Shown here one piece after another: positions 1 to 8,949 of a stretch of DNA of 64,000 bases (position 1 is the stretch's first letter; each line of letters starts with the position of its first letter). The notes beneath the pieces were generated by a model. That model searched no databases and had not been told where the DNA came from. It saw only the letters and a list, made by a program, of their open reading frames with translations. The translations under genes were made by a program, and so were the position numbers. The DNA is taken from assembly GCA_009914755.4 (NCBI GenBank), contig CP068257.2:224001-288000 (forward strand), written 5' to 3'. This DNA comes from the human T2T-CHM13v2.0 reference genome, Homo sapiens.

Positions 1-109
1 TCCAGGAAGTGTTATCCAGAAGCTCTCTGAACCCAGTCCTTTTGGGATTTTATGGAGACCTCATTCTATAGGCATGATGGGTTAAACCATAGGCTATTGG
101 TGATCAACT

Positions 110-2370
110 CAACCTGAGGCTCTCAACCCTCCCTGGAAATTGGGGTTTCACATCAATTTCTGGGTGGATCCTTAAGCTCCAGGTGGATATCCAGTGTCCA
201 GCTGAACATCATCCCCTCGTGGACGCCCAGTACCCAGGTGGATATCAGGTCTCAGGTGAACACAAGTCACCAGTCAGACATGAAGCACGAGGTACACACT
301 CAGACCCCAAGAGGACATCTGTCTCCATGTTGACATCACTCTCAAGGTGTACATTAGGCCACATATGTACACCCAGTTCCAAGGCATACACGAGTCCCCA
401 GTAAAACTCAAGGCCCCAGGAGGAGACTCAAGCCGTAGGTGGATGCCCAGACCCCAGGTAATTACAAGGCCCCAGGTGGATATCAGATTCCAGATGAACA
501 TTAGGCCCCAAGTGGATACCTAGGCCCCTAGTAAACCTCAGATTCTAGGTTGACATTGAGGCCCCCAGTAGTCATTTGGACCCATGTTGACACTCAGGTG
601 CCAGGTTCACATGATGTCTTAACTGGACACCAAGGGGCCAGTTTGATACCCAAGTCCTGTGTGGGTGCCAGGTCCAGGGTTACACTCAAGCCCCAAGTGG
701 ACACCAGGCCCTAGGTGAATAACACAACCCAGGTGGTCATTAGGCCCCAGAATGACACCATCCCCCAGGTTAACAGGAAGCCCCCAGTGGGTACCTAGGC
801 CCCAGGTGGACATCAGGCCTAATGTGGACACCCAGGATCAAGATGGACATCAGGACTCAGGTGGACATCTGGTGACAGGTGGACAACAAGCCTGGTGTGT
901 ACCTTGTCCCCGGGTGGTCATCAGGCCCCAGTTCAACACCAGTCCCTGGGTGGATTCCTCGGCTCCAGGTGGACATCCGGTCTTCAGCTGAACATCAGAC
1001 CCCAGGTGAACACCAGGTCTTAGGTGGACATTAGGCCCCTGGTGGACATAAAGTACCAGTGGACATCCATGCTGCAGGTGGACACCCAGCGCCCAGATGG
1101 GCATCAGGCCACATTTGGACATTGAGGCCCCAGGTGGATATCACGCCTCAGGTGAACCCAAGGTCCAACATAGACATCAGGCCTTAGGTTGATGCTCAAG
1201 CACCAGATGGACTGCTGCACCTAAGCAGAAAATAGACCCCTATCTGGATATCTAAGATACAGGTATACAACAAGCCCCAGGCTGACATCCAGACCCCAGG
1301 TGGACACCATACCCCAGGTGAACAGCAGGCAACAGTTTGGCACCAAGTGCCTAAGTGAAACAAAGCCTTAGGTGGTTACCAGGCCATAGGTAGTCATTAG
1401 TCTCCAGCTGGACAATAGTCCCTAGGTGGATACCTAGGCCCCAGGTGGACACTAGACCCCAAATTAACACAAAAACCAAGTAAAAAATCAAGCCCCAAGT
1501 GGACAACCAGGCCCTAGGTAAATACACAAATCTCAAGCTGACACCAGGACCTATTTGGACACCCAAGCCCTAGGTGGACTTCAGGCCACAGGTGAACACT
1601 GAACTCTAGAAGGTCTTCAGGCACCGTGTTGACTACCTGGCCCCAGGGGGACACCAGGTATAGATGAACTTCAGGCACCAGCTGTACATGAGGTTCCAGG
1701 CAAATGTCCAGGCCCCAGGTGGATATCAAACCTCAGATGAACACCAGGCCCCAGGTAGACATCACAAACCAAGTGGACACTCAGGCCCCTACTGAATATC
1801 CATCCCCAGGTGGACATCCATCCCAAGGTGGACATGAGGTCACAGATGTACACTTAAGCCTAAGGCAGACCCCAGGCCCCGGGAAAACTCCAGGCTCCAT
1901 GAGGGCACTCAGACCCCAGGTGGATGCATTGGTCCTAGGTAAATACAAGGCCCCAGATAGACATCAGGCTCCAGTGAACACCGGAGCCCAGGTGGGTACC
2001 TAGTGTCCAGGTGTGCAACAAGCAGAAGGTTGACCCAGTCCCCAGCTGAACTCTGGGCCCCAGCTGGACATCATAACCCAGATCGTCACCCAGGCGGTCA
2101 CCCAGGCTCCAGGTGAACACATGGTCTTAGGTAGACATCAGGCCCCACATGAACACCCAAGCCCCAGGTAGATAACAGGCCTTAGATGTACACCAGACCT
2201 CAGGTGGGCATCTGGCTTCAGATGGCCGTAGGTGGATAACTAAGCCTCTCCTGGATATCAGGCCCCAGGTAGACACCAGGCTCCAGGCGAACATCTAGCC
2301 CCAGGGGGACATCCAGCCCCCGGTGAACATCAGGGCTCACATGGATAAACAGTTTACAGATGGGCACCTG
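110..2370. repeat. Degenerate tandem array of ~18-20-bp units, motif about CCCCAGGTGGACATCAGGC, ~120 copies at ~70% identity
   Basis: Direct reading: the recurring CCAGGTGGACATCAGGCC-like motif with an 18-20 bp period runs across the whole interval. The short ORFs on both strands follow the repeat phase. Confidence 0.75.
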
Positions 2371-5300
2371 CCACAGGTGCCTCACCTCTACTCCCTGAAA
2401 CCTCACTTCCCCTCATGGGCCTTCTGTCCGACTTGGGGTACCCCTAGCCGCCCTAGGCACACACTGGACTCGAACCAGGGGTGCCAGAGTCCCTAGGGCT
2501 CAGCGCAAGGGTTCATGGGAATACACTTTCGTCCGTGGGGGACCCAGTCCTCAATTCTCGGTGGCGCAGTTTTTTTTTCTCTGCCACAGGTACCTCACCT
2601 TCCCCTCATGGGCCTTCTGTACACCTTGGGGTACCCCTAGCGGCCCGAGGCATACCCTGGGCTCGAACCAGGGATGCCAGGGTACCCGGGGCGCAGCGCA
2701 AGGGCTGATGGGGAGACACTTTCTTCCGTGGGGGACCCAGGCCCCGCTTCTCTGAGGCGCGTTTTTTTTTTCCTCTGCCCCAGGTGGGTCACCTTCCCCT
2801 CATGGGCCTTCTGCCCGCTTTGGGGTACCCCTAGCGGCCCCAGGCACACACTGGGCTCGAATAAGGGTCGCCAGGTTCCCCGGGGCCCAGCGCAAGGGTT
2901 GATGGGAAGACGCTTTCACCCGTGGGGGACCCAGGCCCCGCTTCTCCGCAGTGCGGTTTTTTTTTTGTTTGCCCTAGGTGACTCACCTTCCCCTCATGGG
3001 CCTTCTGTCTGCTTTGGGTTACCCCTAGCAGGCCAGAGGTGCACCCTGGATTCCAGCCAGGGATGCCAGGGTCCCCGGGGCCCAGTGCAGGGGCTGATGA
3101 GAAGGCATTTTCGTCCGTGGGGTACCCAGGCCCTGCTTCTCTGTGGCGCAGTTTTATTTTTTTCTTTTCTGCCACAGGTGCCTTACCTCTCCTCCCTCAA
3201 ACCTCACCTTCACCTCATAGGCTTTCTGTCCGCCATGGGGTACCCCAAGAGGCCCGAAGCGCACCCTGGTCTTGAACCAGGGATGCCAGGGTCCCCTGGG
3301 CCCAGCTCAGGGGCTGATGGGAAGACACTTTCATCCGTGGGGGACCCAGGCCCCGCTTCTCCGTGGCAGTTTTTTTTTTCTCTGCCTCAGGTGCCTCACC
3401 TTCCCCTCATGGGCCTTCTGCCCGCTTTTTGGTACCCCTAGCGAGCCCAAGGCGCACCCTGGGCTCGAACGAGGGTCGCCATGGTCGACGGGGCCCAGCG
3501 CAGGGGCTGATGGGAAGGCACTTTCATCCGTGGGGGACCCAGGCCCCGCTACTCCGTGGTCCAGTTTTTTTTTTTTTTTTCCTCTGCCCCAGGTGCCTTA
3601 CCTTTCCTCCCTCAAACCTCACCTTCCACTCCTGGGCTTTCTGCCTGCGTTGGAGTACCTCTAGCGACCCGAGCACACCCTGGGCTCGAACCAGAGACGC
3701 CACGGTTCCTGGGGCCCAGTGCAGGGGCTGATGGGAAGACACTTTCGTCCGTGGGGGACCCAGGGCCCGCTTCTCGGCGGCGCGGTTTTTTTTCTCTGCC
3801 CCAGGTGCCTCACCTTCCCCTCAGGGGCCTTCTGCCTACGTTGGGATACCCTAGCAGTCCCGAGGCGCACCCTGGGCTCTAACCAGGGACGCCAGGGTCC
3901 ACAGGGCCCAGCTCAGGGGCTGATGGGAAGACACTTTCGTCTGTGGGGGACCCAAGCTCTGCTCCTCCGCAGGGTTGTTTTTTATTTTTTTCTCTTCCCC
4001 AGGTGGCTCACCTTCCCTTCATGGGCTTTCTGCTCGCCTTTGGGTACCCCTAGTGGGCCTGAGGCTCACCCTGGTTTCGAGCCAGGGATGCTAGGGTCCT
4101 CGGGGCCCAGCGCAGCGCTGATGGGAAGGGATTTCTGTCCGTGGGGGACCCAGGGCCCGCTTCTCCGAGGTGAGTTTTTTTTTTTTCTGCCGCAGGTGCT
4201 TCACCTCTCCTCCCTCAAACCTCACCTTCCCCTCATGAACCCTCTGCCCGCCTAGAGGTACCGCTAGCGGCCCAAGGCACACCCTGTGGCTGAACCAGGG
4301 ACGCCAGGGTCCCTGCGGCCCAGCACAGGCGCTGATGGGAAGACACTTTCTTTCGTGGAGGACCCAGGCCCCGTTTCTCAGTGGCGTGGATTTTTTTCTC
4401 TGCCCGGGTGCCTCACCTTCCTCTAATGGGCCTTTTGCCCGCTTTGGGTTACCTCTAGCAGGCCCTATTCGCACCCTGGGCTCGAACCAGGGTCGCAGTG
4501 TCCACGAGGTCCAGCGCAAGGCCTGATGGGAAGGCACTTTCGTCAGTGGGGGACCCAGGCCTCGCTTCACTGTGGCGTGTTTTTTGTGTGTGTGTGTGCC
4601 ACAGGTGCCTCACCTTCCCCTCATGGGCTTTCTGTCCACCTTGGGGTACCCCCAGCTGCCCGAGGCGCACCCTCGTCTCAAATCAGGGATGCCAGGGTCC
4701 CTGGGGCCCAGCGCAGGGCCTGATGGGGAGGCACTTTCGTCTGTGGGGGACCCATGCCCTGCTTCTCCGTGGCGCGGTTTTTTTTTTTTTTCCTGCCACA
4801 GGTGCCTCACCTCTCCTTCCTCAAACCTTACCTTCCCCTTATGGGCCTTCTGTCTGCCTTGGGGTACACCTAGCGGCCCGAGGTGCACTGTGGGCTCGAA
4901 CCAGGGACTCCAGGGTCCCTGAGGTCCAGGGCAAGGCCTGATGGGAAGACACTTTCGTCCGTGTGGGGGACCCAGTCCCCGCTTCTCCGCGGCGAGGTTT
5001 TTTTTTCCTCTGCCCCAGGTGCCTCACCTTCCCCTCTTGTGCCTTCTGCACGCTTTGGGGTACCCCTAGCGGCCCGAGGCACACCCTGGGCTCGAACCAT
5101 GGAAGCCAGGTTCCACGGGGCCAAGCACAGTGGCTGATGGGAAGACACGTTCTTCCTTGGGGACCCAGGCTCTGCTTCTCTGCAGCGTTTTTTTTTTCTT
5201 TCCCCCAGGTGACTCACTTTCCCGTCATGGGCTTTCTGCCCGCCTTGCGGTACCCATAGCGGGCCCGAGGCGCACCCTGGTTTTGAGCCAGGGATGCTAG

Positions 5301-7945
5301 GGTCTCCGGGGCCCAGTGCAGGGCTGATGGGTAGGGACGTTCGTCCATGGGGGACCCAGGCCCCACTTCTGGGCGGTGCAGTTTTTTATTTTTTTCTCTG
5401 CCCCAGGTGTCTCACCTTTCCCTCATGGGCCTTCTGTCTGTCTTGGGGTACCCCTAGCAGGCCGAGGTGCACGCTGGGCTTGAGCCAGGGATACCAGGGT
5501 CCCCGGGGCGCAGTGCAAGCACTGATGGGAAGACAGTTTCTTCTGTGGGGGACCCAGGCCCCGCTTATCCGCGGCGCGGTTGTTGTTTTTTTTTTTCTCT
5601 GCCCCACGTGCGTCACCTTCCCCTCATGGGCCTTCTGCCCGCTTTTGGGTACCCCTAGCAGCCTGAAGCCCACCCTGGTCTCGAACCAGGAATGCCAGGG
5701 TCCCCTGGGCCCAGCGCAAGGGCTGATGGGAAGACACTTTCGTCCGTTGGGGACCCAGGCTCTGCTCCGTGGTGCAGTTTTTTTTTTTCTGCCACAGGTG
5801 CCTCACCTCTCCTTCCTCAAACCTCAACTGCCCCTCATGGGATTTCTGCCCGCCTTGTGGTGCACCTAGCGGGCCCGAGGCGCACCTGGGGCTCGAACCG
5901 GGGTCTCCAGCGTCCACAGGGCCCAGCGCAGTGACTGATGGGAAGGCATTTTCATCCGTGGGGGACCCAGGCCCAGCTTCTCCTAGGCGCGGCTTGTTTT
6001 CTTTTTTTTTTCTGCCACAGGTTCCTCACCTCTCCTCCCTCAAACGTCAACTTCCCATCATGGGCTTTCTGCCCGACTTGGGGTACCCCTAGTGGCCCAA
6101 GGCGCTCCCTGGACTCGAACCATGGATGCCAGGGTTGCTGGGGCCTAGCGCAGGGGCTGATGGGAAGGTACCTTCATCCGTGGGTAACCAGGCCCTGCTT
6201 CTCAAAGCTGCGTTTTTTTTTTCTCCGCCCCAGGTGCCTCACCTTCCCCTCATTGGCCTTCTGCCTGCTTTGGAGTACCACGAGCAGGCCCGAGGCACTC
6301 CCGGGTCTCCAACCAGGGTCGCCAGGTTGTCGGGGCCAGCGCAGGAGCTGATGGGAAGGCACTTTCATCAGTGGGGACCCAGGCCCGGCTTCTCCGAGGT
6401 GCTGATATATATATATATATTTTTTCTGCCACAGGTGACTCACCTCTCCTCCCTTAAATCTCACCTTCCCCTCATGGGCTTTCTGGCTTCCTTAGGGTAC
6501 CCTAGAGTGCCGGAGTCTCTTCTGGTCCTTGAACTAGGGTCGCCATGGTCCAGGGGGCCCAGCGCAGGGGCTGATGAGAAGGCACTTTCATCCGTGGGAG
6601 ACCCAGGCCCCGCTTCTCCTCGGCACGGTTTTTTTTTTCTGCCACAGGTGCCTCACCTCTCCTCCCTCAAACCTCACCTTCCCCTCATGGGCCTTCTGCC
6701 CGCTTTGGGGTACACCTAGCAGGCCCGAGGTGCACCCAGGCCTAGAACCAGGGTCGCCTGAGTCCACGGGGCCCAGCGCAGAGACTGATGGGAAGGCACT
6801 TTTTTTCCATGGGAGACCCAGGCCCCACTTCTCCGTGGCGCGGTTTCTTTTTCTTTTCTGCCACAAGTGTCTCACCTCTCCTCCCTCACAGCTCACCTTC
6901 CTCTCATGGACTTTCCACCACGTTGGGGTACCCCTAATGGCCCGAGGCTCTCCCTGAGCTCGAACCAGGGACTCTAGGTTCCCCGGGACCCAGCGCAGGG
7001 GCTGATGGGAAGGCACTTTCATCCGTGGGGGACCCAGGCCCCACCTCTCCGTGGCGCGGGTTTCTTTTTTTCTTTTTCTGTGACAGGTGCCTCACCTCTC
7101 CTCCCTCAAAACTCACCTTCCCCTCATGGGCTTTGTGTCCCCAAAGCCCCCCTTGGGGTGCACTTAGTGGCCGAGGCACACCCTGAGCTCGAACGAGGGA
7201 CACCAGGGTCCCTGGGTCCCAGTGCAGGGACTGATGGGAAGACACTTTCGTCCGTGGGGCACCCAGGCCGTGCTTCTCCGCAGCGAAGTTTTTCTTTTTT
7301 TCTCTGCCCCAGGAGCCTCACCTTCTCCTTAGGGGCTTTCTGCCCACCTTGGGGTACCCCTACTGTCCTGAGGCATACCCCATTGTCAAACCAGGGATGC
7401 CAGGGTCCCCAGGGCCCAGCAAAGGGGCTGATGGGATGGCACTTTCATCCGTGGGGGGCCCAGGCACTGCTTCTCGGCTGAGCGTTTTTTTTTCTCTGCC
7501 TCAGGTGCCTCACCTTCCCCTCATGGACCTTTTGTTCGCTTTGTGGTACCCCAAGCTGACCCGAGGCACACCCTGGGCTCGAACCAGGGTCGTCAGGGTC
7601 CACCAGGCCCAGCATAGGGCCTGATGGGAAGGCACTTTCATCCGTGGGGGACCCAGGTCCCGCTTCTCTGAGACGCGGTCCTCTTTTTTTTTTTTTCTGC
7701 CCCTGGTGCCTCACCTCTCCTCCCACAAACTTCAACTTCCACTCATGGGCCTTCTGTCCAAGTTGGGGTACCCCTAGTCGCCTGAGGCACACACTGGGCG
7801 TGAACCAGGGATGCCAGGGTCCCTGGGGCCCAGCGCAAGGGCTGATGGGAAAAAACTTTCGTCCCTGGATGACCCAGACACCGCTTCGCGGCGCATTTTT
7901 TTTTCTTCTTTGCCCCAGGTGTCTCACCTTCCCCTCATGGGCCTT
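2370..7945. repeat. GC-rich, CpG-rich satellite with ~197-bp monomers, ~28 copies. Each monomer has a plus-strand poly-T run. Gamma-satellite-like (GSAT family) or subtelomeric GC-rich satellite; the family is unconfirmed
   Basis: Poly-T landmarks sit at about 2568, 2762, 2957, 3163, 3372, 3565, 3787, 3976, 4177, 4391, 4581, 4777, 4997, 5188, 5380, 5580, 5777, 5996, 6213, 6419, 6630, 6850, 7063, 7282, 7485, 7681 and 7878, giving a mean spacing of ~197 bp. The conserved monomer core is CTCTGCCCCAGGTGCCTCACCTTCCCCTCATGGGCCTTCTGCCCGCTTTGGGGTACCCCTAGCGGCCCGAGGCACACCCTGGGCTCGAACCAGGGATGCCAGGGTCCCCGGGGCCCAGCGCAGGGGCTGATGGGAAGACACTTTCGTCCGTGGGGGACCCAGGCCCCGCTTCTCCGTGGCGCGG. Confidence 0.85.
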
Positions 7946-8285
7946 CTGCCTCTCTGCGCCTTTCGCCAGCGCTGTGGGCCTCTCTGCACCTGCGCCGGCG
8001 CTGTGCGCCTTTGCGAGGGCGGAGCTGCGTTCTTCCCAGCACAGACAAGGAGAGCATCGCCAGGGCGGAGCTGAGTTCTCCTCTGCACAGACTTCAGAGA
8101 TACAGCGAAGGCGGAGCAGTGTTCTCCTCAGCACAGACCCAGGCGGGCCGGGGGCACTGCGAGGGCGGAGCTGCGTTCAGCTCAGCACAGACCCGGGGGA
8201 CACCGCTAAGGCAGAGCAGCGTTCTCAGCACAGACCTTTGGGGCACTGCCTCGCTTTGGGACAACTCGGGACCGCATAGACCGTG
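7946..8285 (+). repeat. TAR1-like telomere-associated repeat, the terminal portion that normally abuts (TTAGGG)n, oriented with the telomere side to the right
   Basis: The tract CTGCACCTGCGCCGGCGCTGTGCGCCTTTGCGAGGGCGGAGCTGCGTTCTTCCCAGCACAGAC...GGCGGAGCAGTGTTCTCCTCAGCACAGACCCAGGCGGGCCGGG matches, from memory, the reverse complement of the TAR1 segment next to human p-arm telomeres. That segment reads ...GTGCAGAGGACAACGCAGCTCCGCCCTCGCGGTGCTCTCCGGGTCTGTGCTGAGGAGAACGCAACTCCGCCGTTGCAAAGGCGCGCCGCGCCGGCGCAGGCGCAGAG. Confidence 0.6.
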
Positions 8286-8656
8286 AATAAAATCCTTCCC
8301 TTTTGCAGCCCTGAATAATCAGGGTCAGAGACCAGTTAGAAGGGCTCAGTGTGGAAAAGGGAAGCCAAAAGCCCCTCTGAATCCTGCCCACCGAGGTTCT
8401 CCCCAGCCAAGCCGAGGCGGCCGCAGTGCGAGATCCACACCGCAGCCTCGGAAGACAAATGCAGCATTCCTAATGCAGACATGACACCCAAAATATGACA
8501 CCCCCATTGCTCATGTAACAAGCACCTGTAATGCTAATGCACTGCCTCAATACAAAAATATTAATATAAGATCCGCAATCCCCTTGCTGCCATGCAGTCC
8601 TAAGACAGAGATCATAATAATCAACATTGACATAGTACAAACCTAGTAACGAACCT

Positions 8657-8949
8657 AGGGTTAAGGTTGGTGTTAGGGTTAGGGGTTAGGGGTTAAGTTT
8701 AAGGTTAGGGGTTGGAGATAGGGGTTGGGGTCAGAGTTAAGAGTTAAGAGTCAACGTTTAGAGTTAGAGGTTAGGAGAGGTTAGGGGTTAGGGATAAGGG
8801 GTTAGGGTTGGATTAGTGTGAGGGTGAGGGTTGGGGTTAGGGGTTAGGCTTAGGGTTTACGGTTAAGGGTTAGGGTTAGGGTCAGGGGTTAGGGGTCAGG
8901 GTCAGGGGTTAAGGATCAGGGACAGGGGTCAGGGTCAGTTTCAGGGGTC
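8657..8949 (+). repeat. Degenerate interstitial telomeric repeat: (TTAGGG)n with TTAGGGG, TCAGGG and TTGGGG variant units
   Basis: Direct reading: GGTTAGGGGTTAGGGGTTAAG...GGGTTAGGGTTAGGGTCAGGGGTTAGGGGTCAGGGTCAGGGG. The G-strand is on the plus strand. Confidence 0.8.

Noticed and set aside
2481-7624. Many 60-255-aa ORFs on both strands inside the 197-bp satellite, for example 2674-3441 plus (255 aa), 3719-4255 plus, 6126-6719 plus and 4091-4570 minus
   Set aside because: They follow the repeat phase, occur in all frames and on both strands, and are Pro/Gly/Ala/Arg-rich as expected from GC-rich tandem DNA. They have no start context and no conservation signal. They are satellite artefacts.
2370-7945. 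tRNA genes or a tRNA-derived SINE array, suggested by the GGTTCGAGCCC T-arm-like hairpin in each monomer
   Set aside because: Only the T-arm and the 3' acceptor-like segment are recognisable. No D-arm, anticodon arm or A-box could be found in the ~70 nt upstream, so no cloverleaf is possible. I kept it as a B-box-like motif finding, not a tRNA call.
7445-8286. ORFs 7445-8134 minus (229 aa), 7644-8279 plus (211 aa) and 8011-8286 plus, spanning the satellite, the TAR1 block and the internal 60-bp GC repeats
   Set aside because: They cross a repeat junction and the sequence is low-complexity GC-rich repeat. TAR1 is a known non-coding subtelomeric element.
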